Shown piece after piece: positions 8,922 through 19,661 of a stretch of 31,361 bases of DNA. This stretch comes from an uncultured cyanobacterium (GTDB lineage Bacteria > Cyanobacteriota > Cyanobacteriia > Cyanobacteriales > Microcystaceae): contig CAWEDJ010000021.1 in NCBI GenBank assembly GCA_963807635.1, positions 1 through 31,361 on the forward strand. Reading direction: 5' to 3'. Each line of letters begins with the position of its first letter. Within the stretch, counting starts at the first letter, position 1. The notes under the pieces were generated by a model that had not been told where the DNA came from, made no database searches, and saw only the letters and a program-made list of their open reading frames with translations. Made by a program: the position numbers and the translations under genes.

Positions 8922-10568
8922 ATGTTAGATGAGTTTTTAGGGATTCAAAGAAAAAGAAATCGCTTGCTTCAGGGCATAATCTTACTGATGCTTTCCTTGG
9001 TATTAATGTGGGGTTGTGTTCGGAATCAAAATCAGCCTACCCCAAGCGTGAATTCCCGCGAAAATACCATCACCATCGGCACGATCCTCAAACCCCGCAC
9101 AATTGACCCTGCCGACAGTTATGAATTGGCTGGATTGATGGTGATCTATAACTTAGGGGAAACCCTTTACACCTACAAATTAGGCACAACAGAATTAGAA
9201 CCCCGTTTAGCGATCGCATTTCCCAAAATTAGTGAAGATGGACTCGTCTATACCATTCCCATTCGTCAGGGAGTCAAATTTCATGATGGGACGGCCTTTA
9301 ATGCCCCAGCAATGGCTTTTTCCCTAAATCGCTTCATCAAAAATGGGGGAGAACCTTCGTTTTTATTGTCGGATACAGTAAAATCCGTCGAGGCAACAGG
9401 GGAATGGGAACTTAAAGTCACGCTTCAGAAACCTTTTGCAGCTTTTCCTTCCCTCTTGGCGTTTCCTGGAGCTTGTGCCGTTTCTCCTAAAGCCTATGAG
9501 ATTGGGGAGGGTAAGTTTATTCCCGAAAAATTTGCAGGAACGGGGCCTTATAAACTCACCAGTTTTAATAGTGATTCCCTACGATTGGAAGTATTTTCAG
9601 ACTATTGGAGCGAAAAGCCCAAGAATCAGGGAATTGATCTACAACTTTATCCCAGTAACCCCGCTAATCTTTTTAATGCCTTTCGGACTAAGGCAGTGGA
9701 TGTTGCCTATCAATCTCTCTTGCCTCAACAGGTCAAAAAGCTAAAAGCTTATGCCGAAAAAGGAGAGGGGCAGGTAATCGAAGCGTCGGGTTCGGTGGTG
9801 AATTTTATGACGCTGAATATGAACAGTGATCCTCTGAAACAAAAATTGGTACGTCAGGCGATCGCGTCCTTGGTGGATCGAAAACTGTTGAACGAGCGGA
9901 TTTTGCAGGGGCAGGGAGAAGCGTTGTATAGTATGATTCCCCTGGGCTTTGAAGCCTATAAACCCGTTTTTCAAACCGAATACGGTGATCATAATATCGA
10001 AAAAGCCAGACAATTGTTACAACAGGCGGGTTATTCCAAAGAAAATCCTGTTACCGTCGAAATTTGGCACTCATCAGGGTCTATTACCGCCAGTATCGTC
10101 GCCGCTCTCCTCAAAGCCCTTTCTAAACGAGACTTAGATGGAGCGATTCAATTTCAGCCGAATAGTATTGCTTCGGCGGCTTTTTTTAGGAACGTAGGCA
10201 AGGGTTTGTATGAAAGTGCCGTTTCTAATTGGTATCCCGATTTTCTCGATCCTGACAACTATATCTATCCCTTTTTATATTGTGCCAAGGGGTCTACCAC
10301 TAAAGGCTGTGAAGAAGGCGGTTCCCAAGGTCAAGGCTCGTTTTATTACAGCGAAGAAATGAATCAATTAATTGATCAACAACGCAAAGAATCCGATCCC
10401 ACCAAGCGCAATGAAATATTTGCCCGCATTCAAACCCTATTAGGCCAAGAAGTTCCCTATCTTCCCCTCTGGCAAACGAAGGATTTTGCCTTTGCTCAAA
10501 ACGGGATTAAAGGTGTGTTTATTAACCCTAGTCAAACCTTTCCTTTTTGGACAATTAAGCGGTCTTAG
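8922..10568 (+). CDS. Peptide/nickel ABC transporter substrate-binding lipoprotein (family 5)
   Basis: Lipobox-like LMWGC, VKFHDGT and GTGPYKL motifs. 548 aa, with no permease gene adjacent. Confidence 0.9.
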   Translation: MLDEFLGIQRKRNRLLQGIILLMLSLVLMWGCVRNQNQPTPSVNSRENTITIGTILKPRTIDPADSYELAGLMVIYNLGETLYTYKLGTTELEPRLAIAFPKISEDGLVYTIPIRQGVKFHDGTAFNAPAMAFSLNRFIKNGGEPSFLLSDTVKSVEATGEWELKVTLQKPFAAFPSLLAFPGACAVSPKAYEIGEGKFIPEKFAGTGPYKLTSFNSDSLRLEVFSDYWSEKPKNQGIDLQLYPSNPANLFNAFRTKAVDVAYQSLLPQQVKKLKAYAEKGEGQVIEASGSVVNFMTLNMNSDPLKQKLVRQAIASLVDRKLLNERILQGQGEALYSMIPLGFEAYKPVFQTEYGDHNIEKARQLLQQAGYSKENPVTVEIWHSSGSITASIVAALLKALSKRDLDGAIQFQPNSIASAAFFRNVGKGLYESAVSNWYPDFLDPDNYIYPFLYCAKGSTTKGCEEGGSQGQGSFYYSEEMNQLIDQQRKESDPTKRNEIFARIQTLLGQEVPYLPLWQTKDFAFAQNGIKGVFINPSQTFPFWTIKRS

Positions 10569-10689
10569 CTTGTCGCGATCGCCTTTGTTGAATCTTACCG
10601 ATCGCAGATATTAAAGAGCAACGTGTAAAATTGATATAGTTTAATCACGCTTTACTCACCATAGTCACTAATTGTAGTCATCACGCTTT

Positions 10690-11664
10690 ATGATTCGCAG
10701 ACGTTCTGTTCCTTGGATTCATCGCTATTCCCGTTTGATAATGGGAGCGATCGCCGTTATCGGTAGCTTGATCACGGCCTACCTTACTTTCGTTGCCCTG
10801 ACAGGAGGAAAAACAGCCTGTCCTATTGATAAAGCGTCAGGAATTTCCAGTTGCGATCTCGTCCTTCAGAGTGCCTACGGCAAGTTTTTTGGACTACCTC
10901 TGAGCCTATTTGGCCTGTTGGCCTATCTAGCGATGATTGTCTTTGCCCTCGCACCTTTTTTGGTGAATGCAGAAAAAAACAAGCAACAACGTAATCAACT
11001 GGAAAAAATAACAGGACGAATGCTGTTGATTGGCGGAACTGCAATGGCAGTCTTTAGTGGCTATTTGATGTATATTTCCTTTTTTAAGCTCAATGAAGCT
11101 TGTTGGTACTGCCTAACCTCAGCAATTTTTTCAATGACTTTATTTATTTTGGCCATTATCGGTCGGGAGTGGGAAGAAATGAGTCAGGTATTTTTCACGT
11201 CAATTATTGTCGGACTGATTACCATCATGGGCAGTCTCGGACTCTATGCTAGTGCCAACGGCCCCGTTGCCGCCAATGGACTCACCCCTATTACCGAGGC
11301 CACCACCAGTCCCGTTCCTCCCTATGGCTGGGAAATTACCATGACTTCTGGCCCCTCGGAAATTGCCCTCGCCAAACATTTAACCGCGATCGGCGCGAAG
11401 ATGTATGGAGCTTTTTGGTGTCCCCACTGTTACGAACAAAAGCAACTTTTTGGCAAGGAAGCCTTTAAGTCCATCAATTCCATAGAATGCGACCCCAGTG
11501 GCAAAAATCCCCAACCCGAAGCCTGTACCGCCGCAAAAATTCAATCCTATCCCACTTGGGTGATCAAGGGAGAAACTGTTTCTGGAGCGCAAGTCCTCGA
11601 AAAATTAGCAAAAGCTTCTGATTACAAAGGTGCTAAAGACTTTAAGTACACCATGCCCTATTAA
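10690..11664 (+). CDS. VKOR-thioredoxin fusion (thylakoid disulfide-forming enzyme, Slr0565/LTO1-like)
   Basis: Membrane VKOR domain with a loop Cys pair and CWYC, followed by a C-terminal WCPHC thioredoxin-like domain. Confidence 0.92.
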   Translation: MIRRRSVPWIHRYSRLIMGAIAVIGSLITAYLTFVALTGGKTACPIDKASGISSCDLVLQSAYGKFFGLPLSLFGLLAYLAMIVFALAPFLVNAEKNKQQRNQLEKITGRMLLIGGTAMAVFSGYLMYISFFKLNEACWYCLTSAIFSMTLFILAIIGREWEEMSQVFFTSIIVGLITIMGSLGLYASANGPVAANGLTPITEATTSPVPPYGWEITMTSGPSEIALAKHLTAIGAKMYGAFWCPHCYEQKQLFGKEAFKSINSIECDPSGKNPQPEACTAAKIQSYPTWVIKGETVSGAQVLEKLAKASDYKGAKDFKYTMPY

Positions 11665-11722
11665 TCTTAAAAAGACGCGATCGCCTTATTCGGGAACATC
11701 AAGTAAGTAGGTAAGACCAAAA

Positions 11723-12295
11723 ATGAGTTCTCTGATCATCAAATTTGACTCTTTCCAGTTATCGAATGAGCAATTTTATCAATTATGCCAGGATAACCGC
11801 GACTTACGCTTTGAAAGAAGTTGTCAGGGAAATTTAGTTATTATGTCACCCCCAGGAGGAGAAACCAGCAACCGAAATATAGAGATTTCCTATCAACTCC
11901 AAGCCTGGAGTCGGCAGAATAAACGAGGGATCGCTTTTGACTCCTCTGGTGGCTTTAAACTACCCAATAATGCGGACAAATCCCCCGATGCCGCTTGGAT
12001 ACCCTTAAAAAAGTGGGATATTTTAACCACAGAAGAACGGAAAGGCTTTATTCCCCTCTGTCCTGATTTTGTCATTGAATTACGATCAAAAAGTGACAAC
12101 CTAAAACCCCTGCAAAACAAAATGCAAGAATATCTAGAGAATGGAACCCAGTTGGGCTGGTTAATTAATCGCCATGATCGGCAGGTAGAAATTTATCGGC
12201 AAGGGCAAGCCGTCGAAATCTTAGAAAATCCCAGTCAATTGTCAGGGGAAAGCGTATTGCAGAGTTTTATACTAGATTTAAAACCAGTTTGGTGA
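11723..12295 (+). CDS. Uma2/DUF820 endonuclease-like protein
   Basis: FDSSGGFKLP, SPDAAW, CPDFVIELRS and LGWLIN motifs. Confidence 0.92.
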   Translation: MSSLIIKFDSFQLSNEQFYQLCQDNRDLRFERSCQGNLVIMSPPGGETSNRNIEISYQLQAWSRQNKRGIAFDSSGGFKLPNNADKSPDAAWIPLKKWDILTTEERKGFIPLCPDFVIELRSKSDNLKPLQNKMQEYLENGTQLGWLINRHDRQVEIYRQGQAVEILENPSQLSGESVLQSFILDLKPVW

Positions 12296-12466
12296 TTTTT
12301 TTGATATTTCTTGCCTTAACCCATAAAATCGTCTCTTTACTAGAATAAAATCCCCTGATGACCTCTTTTTTGAAAAAGCGTAGAAAGGAATTAAAAGTGT
12401 GTAAAGTATATATAACCTATAAATTAAGCTGTTTCAGCCCTATTCTTTATTAAAATTGGTACTCGA

Positions 12467-14767
12467 ATGTCAACAACTTTAACGCAAGACCAAGTTAATC
12501 AGATTGTTTATAATCTCCATCATGATCCCTTTGAAATTTTAGGGAGCCATCCTATTGAAACTGATGGAACCGTCAAACAGTGGGTAATTCGTGCCTACTT
12601 ACCCGATGCCCAAACTGCTTGGGTGACGTTTCCTAGCGAACGCAAAGAATATCCCATGCAGGCGATTCATCACGCCAATTTTTTTGAATGCACAATTGAT
12701 ACCGCGATTCTTGCAAACTACCAATTTCGGCTCAAGGAAGGAGAACATGAACGGGTTATTTATGACCCCTACGCCTTTAGTTCTCCAAAATTAACCGAAT
12801 TTGACATTCATCTTTTCGGAGAAGGTAATCACCACCGCATCTATGAAAAATTAGGGGCGCACGTCACGATGGTGGATGGAATTACAGGCGTTTATTTCGC
12901 TGTCTGGGCTCCCAATGCTCGTAATGTCTCGATTTTAGGAGATTTTAATAATTGGGATGGCCGTCGCAACCAAATGCGGAAAAACGGCAACATGATCTGG
13001 GAATTATTTATTCCCGAATTAGGATTTGGCACTGCCTATAAATACGAAATTAAAAACGCAGAAGGACATATTTACGAAAAATCCGATCCCTACGGCTTTT
13101 ATCAAGAAGCAAGACCGAAAACAGCCTCTATTGTGGCCGATCTCGACAGTTATCAATGGCATGATCAGGATTGGCTAGAAGATCGTCGAAATAGTGAGCC
13201 GCTCAGTAAACCCATTTCAGTCTATGAAATGCACATTGGCTCTTGGTTGCATACTTCCATTGAAGAAGCCGCCCAGGGACTAGCAGGTATACTTCCCCCC
13301 GTCCAAGTCTCTGAATTGAATACGGGCGCAAGGTTTCTTACCTATTATGAATTAGTCGATAAATTAATCCCCTATATCAAAGAATTAGGCTACACCCACG
13401 TTGAATTATTACCGATCGCCGAACATCCCTTTGATGGTTCCTGGGGTTATCAAGTCACGGGCTATTATGCCCCAACTTCCCGTTATGGAACCCCTGAAGA
13501 TTTAATGTATTTTATCGATCAGTGTCATTTGAATGGCATTGGAGTCATTGTTGATTGGGTACCTGGTCATTTTCCTAAAGATGGGCATGGTTTAGCCTTT
13601 TTTGATGGAACCCATCTCTATGAACACGCCGATTCTCGTAAAGGGGAGCATAAGGAATGGGGAACCTTCATTTTTAATTATGGACGGAATGAAGTCCGTA
13701 ACTTCTTGGTTGCCAACGCCCTATTTTGGTTTGATAAATATCATATTGACGGAATTCGGGTGGATGCAGTAGCCTCAATGCTTTATCTCGACTATTGCCG
13801 TGAACCTGGAGAATGGGTTACGAATCAATACGGTGGTCGGGAAAACCTAGAGGCGGCAGATTTTCTCCGTCAAGTGAATAGTGTTTTGTTTAGTTATTTT
13901 CCTGGGGTATTGACGATCGCGGAAGAATCGACTTCCTTGCCAATGGTCTCCTGGCCGACCTATGTGGGCGGATTAGGTTTTAACCTGAAATGGAACATGG
14001 GCTGGATGCACGATATGTTGGATTATTTCAGCATGGATCCCTGGTTCCGTCAATTCCACCAAAATAATGTCACCTTTAGTATGTGGTATCACCACAGTGA
14101 AAACTATATGTTGGCGTTGTCCCACGATGAAGTGGTACATGGTAAGAGCAATATGCTCGGTAAAATGCCAGGCGATGAATGGCAAAAATTTGCGAATGTC
14201 CGCGCCCTCTTCTCCTATATGTTTACCCACCCTGGGAAGAAAACCATGTTCATGAGCATGGAATTTGGCCAGTGGAGTGAATGGAATGTTTGGGCAGATT
14301 TGGAATGGAATTTATTGCAATTTGAACCCCATCAGCAATTAAAACAGTTCTTTATTTCCCTGAATCATCTTTACCGCACGGAACCAGCCCTATACAGCAA
14401 CGACTTTGAAGAATCGGGTTTCCAATGGATTGACTGTACGGACAATCGCCATAGCGTGGCCGCCTTTATTCGTCGAGCAAAAGATCCCAGCGAATTTGTG
14501 GTCGTTGTCTGTAACTTTACCCCCCAACCCCATAGCCACTATCGAGTCGGTGTTCCAGAGGCGGGTTTCTATATTGAGCTATTTAATAGTGATGCGGGTC
14601 AGTATGGAGGCAGTAATATGGGCAATCTTGGTGGAAAATGGTCGGAAGAATGGTCATTCCACTCCCAACCCTATTCTTTAGATCTTTGTTTGCCGCCCTT
14701 GGGGGTTGTGGTTTTCAAATTGAACCGTGAACCCGTTCAGGCTGTTTTGGAGAGTTCGGCAGAATAG
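12467..14767 (+). CDS. glgB: 1,4-alpha-glucan branching enzyme
   Basis: FAVWAPNA, GSWGYQ, GIRVDAVASM, IAEEST and LSHDEVVHGK motifs. Confidence 0.98.
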   Translation: MSTTLTQDQVNQIVYNLHHDPFEILGSHPIETDGTVKQWVIRAYLPDAQTAWVTFPSERKEYPMQAIHHANFFECTIDTAILANYQFRLKEGEHERVIYDPYAFSSPKLTEFDIHLFGEGNHHRIYEKLGAHVTMVDGITGVYFAVWAPNARNVSILGDFNNWDGRRNQMRKNGNMIWELFIPELGFGTAYKYEIKNAEGHIYEKSDPYGFYQEARPKTASIVADLDSYQWHDQDWLEDRRNSEPLSKPISVYEMHIGSWLHTSIEEAAQGLAGILPPVQVSELNTGARFLTYYELVDKLIPYIKELGYTHVELLPIAEHPFDGSWGYQVTGYYAPTSRYGTPEDLMYFIDQCHLNGIGVIVDWVPGHFPKDGHGLAFFDGTHLYEHADSRKGEHKEWGTFIFNYGRNEVRNFLVANALFWFDKYHIDGIRVDAVASMLYLDYCREPGEWVTNQYGGRENLEAADFLRQVNSVLFSYFPGVLTIAEESTSLPMVSWPTYVGGLGFNLKWNMGWMHDMLDYFSMDPWFRQFHQNNVTFSMWYHHSENYMLALSHDEVVHGKSNMLGKMPGDEWQKFANVRALFSYMFTHPGKKTMFMSMEFGQWSEWNVWADLEWNLLQFEPHQQLKQFFISLNHLYRTEPALYSNDFEESGFQWIDCTDNRHSVAAFIRRAKDPSEFVVVVCNFTPQPHSHYRVGVPEAGFYIELFNSDAGQYGGSNMGNLGGKWSEEWSFHSQPYSLDLCLPPLGVVVFKLNREPVQAVLESSAE

Positions 14768-14791
14768 TTTTGATTTTCCTGAAAGCTATGT

Positions 14792-14815
14792 AACAAGGGG
14801 CTTAAGCCCCTTGCC
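14792..14815. repeat. Palindromic REP-like element / hairpin downstream of glgB
   Basis: aacaaggggcttaagccccttgcc. A near-identical copy lies at 21167-21190. Confidence 0.75.
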
Positions 14816-14875
14816 TGTATGTGTCTTGAATGATTAACAGTTTATCAAATCAAAAAAATCAACAAATAGAGGACG

Positions 14876-15826
14876 ATGATGCGGATATTAATTATGGGGG
14901 GAACCCGTTTTATTGGTGTTTATTTAACGAAGGCACTGGTAGAGCAAGGCCATGAAGTTGTTCTGTTTAACCGAGGAAAAAAAGCGGCTCCCGTTGAGGG
15001 CATTCAACAAATTCACGGCGATCGCCAGGACATAGAGCAGTTAACCGAAAAATTACGAGACGAACAATTTGATGTTGTTTACGACAATAATGGGCGGGAA
15101 TTAAGCGATACTAAGCCTCTAGTCGAGTTATTTAAAGATCGGATCAAACAGTTTGTCTATGTCAGTTCAGCGGGGGTTTATCTCAAATCAGACCAAATGC
15201 CCCACATTGAAGGGGATGCGGTTGATCCCAACAGTCGCCACAAGGGAAAATTTGAAACCGAAGCCTATTTAGCCGAAAGTGGTGTTCCCTGGACAGCTAT
15301 TCGTCCCGTTTATATTTACGGCCCGCAAAATTATAATCCCCTCGAAGCGTGGTTTTTTGATCGCATTGTCCGCGATCGCGTCATTCCGATTCCAGGCAAT
15401 GGTCTACACTTCACCCAATTTGGCCATGTCCAGGATTTAGCCTCAGCAATGGTCGCAGTATTAGGGAATCCCCAAGCCATTGGACAAATTTATAATATTT
15501 CTGGCGATCGCTATGTAACCTTTGATGGTCTAGCCAAAGCCGCCGCGATCGCCGCAGGAAAATCCGCAGACGATCTAAAAATTGTTCACTACAATCCCAA
15601 AGACTTTGATTTTGGGAAGAAAAAAGCCTTTCCCCTCAGACCCCAACATTTTTTTGCCGATATTCATAAAGCCCAAACCGAATTAAACTGGCAACCCGAA
15701 TATGACCTCATTTCAGGATTAAAAGACTCCTTTAATCGCGATTATTTACTCTCCAATCACCAAGAGATAGAGGTGGATTTTTCTACCGACGATGAAATTT
15801 TGTCCGCACTCTCAACTCAAAAATAG
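14876..15826 (+). CDS. NAD-dependent epimerase/dehydratase, CSP41b-like RNA-binding protein
   Basis: MGGTRFIG, VYDNNGRE, SSAGVY, RPVYIYGP and KKAFPLR motifs. Confidence 0.9.
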   Translation: MMRILIMGGTRFIGVYLTKALVEQGHEVVLFNRGKKAAPVEGIQQIHGDRQDIEQLTEKLRDEQFDVVYDNNGRELSDTKPLVELFKDRIKQFVYVSSAGVYLKSDQMPHIEGDAVDPNSRHKGKFETEAYLAESGVPWTAIRPVYIYGPQNYNPLEAWFFDRIVRDRVIPIPGNGLHFTQFGHVQDLASAMVAVLGNPQAIGQIYNISGDRYVTFDGLAKAAAIAAGKSADDLKIVHYNPKDFDFGKKKAFPLRPQHFFADIHKAQTELNWQPEYDLISGLKDSFNRDYLLSNHQEIEVDFSTDDEILSALSTQK

Positions 15827-15929
15827 AGACTTTCCTTTTCTTGACAAATAGAGTATCCTAAAGACAAAAAATCTTAGAATAAATCAAATCCCTCTATAGC
15901 TGCCCAGTATATTACTAAAGCTAGTCATC

Positions 15930-16343
15930 ATGGCGATAAACAACGAATTAAATGACCAGATGTTTCTTTTGGAAGTGGCGATTGTCCCCCAGGCTTTTGT
16001 TCCCAATCACCAAAAATTGACTCAACGTCGTGGTAAATTTTTTCTGAAAGTTTCTTCTGAAAGGATGAGTGAAGAAATTCGCTCCATTCACCGTTTGGGC
16101 GGAAAAATACTGAGTATCACTCCTACTGCGACTCTCAGTGGCAAATCCAAGGCTTTGGCTTGGTGGCTAGAAGTTTATACCGATTTTCCACGCTGTCTTT
16201 ACTATTTTGGCCCGTTTGATAGTGCCGCAGAAGCCGAATCCCATCAAGCAGATTATTTGGAAGATCTCCGCCAAGAAGGAGCGGAAAATATCCTCGCCCA
16301 GATCAAGCAATGCCAACCCCTTACCCTAACTCAAGAGTGGTAA
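15930..16343 (+). CDS. CpcD-like linker domain fused to DUF1816
   Basis: N-half V..ERMSEEIRSIHRLGGKILSITP is a CpcD/ApcC signature. C-half WWLEVYT..PRCLYYFGPF...YLEDL..EGA is DUF1816. Confidence 0.8.
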   Translation: MAINNELNDQMFLLEVAIVPQAFVPNHQKLTQRRGKFFLKVSSERMSEEIRSIHRLGGKILSITPTATLSGKSKALAWWLEVYTDFPRCLYYFGPFDSAAEAESHQADYLEDLRQEGAENILAQIKQCQPLTLTQEW

Positions 16344-16360
16344 TTCTGGAATTTTAGAGG

Positions 16361-17305
16361 ATGGAATACCGATTTTATACCGCCGATGTTTTTACTCAAC
16401 AAACTTTTGGTGGCAATCCCTTGGCGGTTTTTCCCCAAGCCCAGGGGTTAAGTGCTTGGCAAATGCAAAAAATTGCTGGTGAAATTAATTATTCAGAAAC
16501 GGTCTTTGTTTTCCCCCCTGAAACGGTCGGGGGAACCAGACGGTTACGTATCTTTACGCCTAACTCCGAATTACCCTTTGCGGGGCATCCTACCGTTGGA
16601 ACAGCCTATGTTTTGGCTTATATTGGTGATATTGCCCTAGATCAATCCGAAATTACAATTATTTTTGAAGAAGGGGTGGGGCCAGTTCCCGTCAAAATTT
16701 TGAGTGAATTAGGGAAGCCCACTTACACCGAATTAACGGCGGCTCAATTGCCCGAATTTGGCTCAAATGTACCCAATATCGAAGATTTAGCTGAAATGCT
16801 CTCCCTAAAACCCGAAGATTTCCTTACGGGAGACTATGCGCCCCAGGCAGTTTCCTGTGGATTACCCTTTCTTTTCATTCCCCTCAAAAGTCAAGAAGCC
16901 CTCGCACAAGCCATGTTAAAGCGCGATCGCTGGGAATCCCTATTGGCTAATTCCTGGGCAGATTGTGTTTATCTTTTTACCTTTGAAACAAGTCGTCAAT
17001 CGATATTTTTGCGATCGCAAAGTGCCGCCGTGCGATCGCGGATGTTTGCCCCTTCCTTGGGCATAGAAGAAGATCCCGCAACAGGTTCCGCCGCCGCCGC
17101 CTTGGGTGGTTATTTGGGAATAAGGGATCAACGTGATGGAATACTCCAATGGCAAATTGAACAAGGCATTGAAATAGGAAGACCTAGTTCATTAATCGTC
17201 AAAACGTTTAAAAAAGAAGGATTAATTCAAAAAATTTGTGTTGGTGGCTCGTCCGTAATGGTCATACAAGCAGTCATGGAAATTCCTGACCAGCATAATT
17301 TCTAA
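16361..17305 (+). CDS. PhzF-family isomerase
   Basis: [28 protein letters not shown] and EDPATGSA motifs. Confidence 0.93.
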   Translation: MEYRFYTADVFTQQTFGGNPLAVFPQAQGLSAWQMQKIAGEINYSETVFVFPPETVGGTRRLRIFTPNSELPFAGHPTVGTAYVLAYIGDIALDQSEITIIFEEGVGPVPVKILSELGKPTYTELTAAQLPEFGSNVPNIEDLAEMLSLKPEDFLTGDYAPQAVSCGLPFLFIPLKSQEALAQAMLKRDRWESLLANSWADCVYLFTFETSRQSIFLRSQSAAVRSRMFAPSLGIEEDPATGSAAAALGGYLGIRDQRDGILQWQIEQGIEIGRPSSLIVKTFKKEGLIQKICVGGSSVMVIQAVMEIPDQHNF

Positions 17306-17406
17306 TGTCGTTTTTTCCGATTCAGAAAAAAGATGATCATTTTTCCATAGCCTGGTACAATTCAAAGGATTTAACGAGGTCGTCAATTATTCCATTTCAT
17401 AAGCCC

Positions 17407-18333
17407 ATGAAAAAAACACGCCAATGGTTTACCCCCCTAGCAATTCTTGCAGCCACCAATTTAGCTTGGGTTCCGCCCAGCATTGCTAACGAGGACTATC
17501 CAACGGCAAGCGTTGATTATTTTCAGGGACGAGAATCCATTCCCCTCACCATTGAATCCCCCGAATTTGAACAATCTCCCCAGGATAATTTCGGTAATTA
17601 TGGCTCCCCCATTTATCAGGGAGGCTGTCCCGCCACTCTAGATCCCATTATCCATCGGATTATTGGCGCAAATTCTTTAAATCGTTGGGGAATCTTGGTT
17701 CAAACATTACAAGGTGGTCAACTGATCTATAGTCACAATGCCGATAGATCATTTATTCCTGCTTCTAATAATAAGATTTTTACCACTGCGGCGGCCCTTC
17801 AACGTCTCAGTCCCGATACCATGATTGGTAAAGTCTCCCTACAAGACTGGATTATGGTGACAAATAAGCGGAGTCATAATGGTTATGCCGATAGATTAAT
17901 GAAATACATTGGTGGGCCTGGAGCCGCTAAGGCCGCTCTAACACAGTTGGGAGTCAATCCCCAGAGCTTTCGGTTAGCCGATGGTTCGGGCCTATCCCGT
18001 GCCAATACCACAACCCCCAGGGCATTAGTGGAAACCTTAACCGCCATGTATTCTTCCCCAGGGAATGAACTATTTGTTGCGTCTCTACCTGTTGCAGGCA
18101 TCAATGGAACCTTGGGAAGACGGATGCGCCAAACTCCAGCCGAGGGAATTGTTTATGCCAAAACAGGTACACTGACTGGTGTTCGTGCCTTATCGGGTTA
18201 TATTAATCATCCTACCTACGGGGTTTTAGTTTTTAGTATGTTGGTTAATGATTCTAGTAAACCAGGGGCAACTTTAGTCAAACAAATTGATCAAGTTGTT
18301 CTGCAACTAAGCATGATGAACCAATGTAATTAA
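17407..18333 (+). CDS. dacB: D-Ala-D-Ala carboxypeptidase/endopeptidase (PBP4, peptidase S13), short form
   Basis: PASNNK (SxxK), SHN (SxN), DGSGLSR and AKTGTL. Signal-peptide-like start at ATG 17407. Confidence 0.88.
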   Translation: MKKTRQWFTPLAILAATNLAWVPPSIANEDYPTASVDYFQGRESIPLTIESPEFEQSPQDNFGNYGSPIYQGGCPATLDPIIHRIIGANSLNRWGILVQTLQGGQLIYSHNADRSFIPASNNKIFTTAAALQRLSPDTMIGKVSLQDWIMVTNKRSHNGYADRLMKYIGGPGAAKAALTQLGVNPQSFRLADGSGLSRANTTTPRALVETLTAMYSSPGNELFVASLPVAGINGTLGRRMRQTPAEGIVYAKTGTLTGVRALSGYINHPTYGVLVFSMLVNDSSKPGATLVKQIDQVVLQLSMMNQCN

Positions 18334-18350
18334 TTTTTCTACTTTATTAA

Positions 18351-18396
18351 AAAATCGTGGCATCTACTTTTTAAAGAGTTAAGACACCACGATTTT
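18351..18396. terminator. Inverted repeat between convergent dacB and ssrA
   Basis: aaaatcgtgg...ccacgatttt arms, flanked by A/T runs. Confidence 0.5.
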
Positions 18397-18414
18397 CAAG
18401 TTTTTAAATAGGCA

Positions 18415-18795
18415 TGGAGCCGAGCAGAGTCGAACTGCTGTCCAAATTGGGTATTGACTTACCGTTCGTTCACAGGTTTAGCCCTTCTAATCCTCAGAGC
18501 GAGAACCATCTCTTATCCCAGATGGTGGGATGCTTTAGTTTAGTCTTTACTTTTTAGCCAACTAAAGGAACGCTAAAGAAAGTGCATCCGTTGGGGTTAA
18601 CCTCTAATCTTTAACGGAGTCAAATTAGAAGTAAGCGGACTCTGACGAGTTTAGGCAGCTACTGCCACGCGCTTGAAGCTAACGATGTTATTCGCAGTTA
18701 CATTTTTTTTGAATCTGGGATTTACGAGAGGAGATTCACTCTCGACCTGCATCACGGGGGAGCTTTCGCCAACCTGTCGAAACCGTTGCGGCCCC
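18415..18795 (-). ncRNA. ssrA: tmRNA
   Basis: 5' GGGGCCGCAACGGTTTCGACAGG and 3' GTTCGACTCTGCTCGGCTCCA (CCA tail not encoded). Tag reading frame 18695-18651 reads ANNIVSFKRVAVAA*. Confidence 0.98.
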
Positions 18796-18858
18796 TTTTG
18801 GATACACTATTATCCTAACGCGTAAATTGGGAAAATGACAAGGATTGTTTTTCAGGTT

Positions 18859-19607
18859 TTAATTTGTCAAAGAAGGTTCTAAGAAATTGAGAAAGGAATT
18901 GCCTTGACGCAGTTGTATCCAGACCTTACCTTCTCCTTTAAAGCGACAGACTAATCCCTGACCACCGTAATATTTTATTCTAGAAGAGCTGATCGCTAAG
19001 TCCGCGATCGCCTGTACCTCGTAATCTAAGGTTTCTTCAAAGGCGACAATATAACCTGTATTAATCAACAAATGGTCGTTAACCGTAATTTCGAGAATGC
19101 CTCCGTAGGAACTAAACCATAAATCACCGCTACCAATCATACGCAATAGACAGGTTGATTCATTACAAAAAAAATCGGTCATACCTGAAAATTTTATATC
19201 AATTTGTACCGTTGGCATACAGGCAATAAAACAAGAAGATTGTAATAATATGCCCGTTTTGGGGGTTAAACAATAATGGTGAATATTTCCTGGTAACCCA
19301 GGAGACAAAAAGATTTTACCTGGCTTTTCTTCCGCCGAAAATTGATTAATAAATAAAATCTCTTTTCCTAAAAAGTTAGTGAGTTTTTTAAGTAATCCAT
19401 CCTGAAGATTAGCAATAAAGACAATACTACTATCCATTGCCGTTACCTGGGAAGCTTCTACTAAAAGACTCTGATGAAGCTTGAGATTAATTATTAATGA
19501 AGAGTAAAACGGCCAGATTCAATGGCAAAATTAGCATCATATTCTTCTTCGATATCTTGTTTTTTTTCGGGTTTATTAATACGATTTCTAATTAAATCCC
19601 CTTCCAT
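18859..19607 (-). CDS. AIM24/TIGR00266-family protein (frameshift near 19512)
   Basis: GSGDLWFSSYGGI, INTGYIVAFE and GLVCRFKGEGKVWIQ. The N-terminus from ATG 19607 is in another frame. Confidence 0.8.
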
Positions 19608-19661
19608 TGTTTTAATCCTTAGCAGTTGAGAGCATTTTAACCAATAAAAAATCTAAATAGG

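Noticed and set aside
13937..13939. Trp-to-Leu change in the GlgB EESTSWP motif
   Set aside because: TGG would create a GGCC site, so this is likely the same motif-linked base-calling error.
18334..18420. Genomic island integrated at the ssrA 3' end
   Set aside because: No integrase and no duplicated ssrA 3' end seen. The neighbour is housekeeping dacB.
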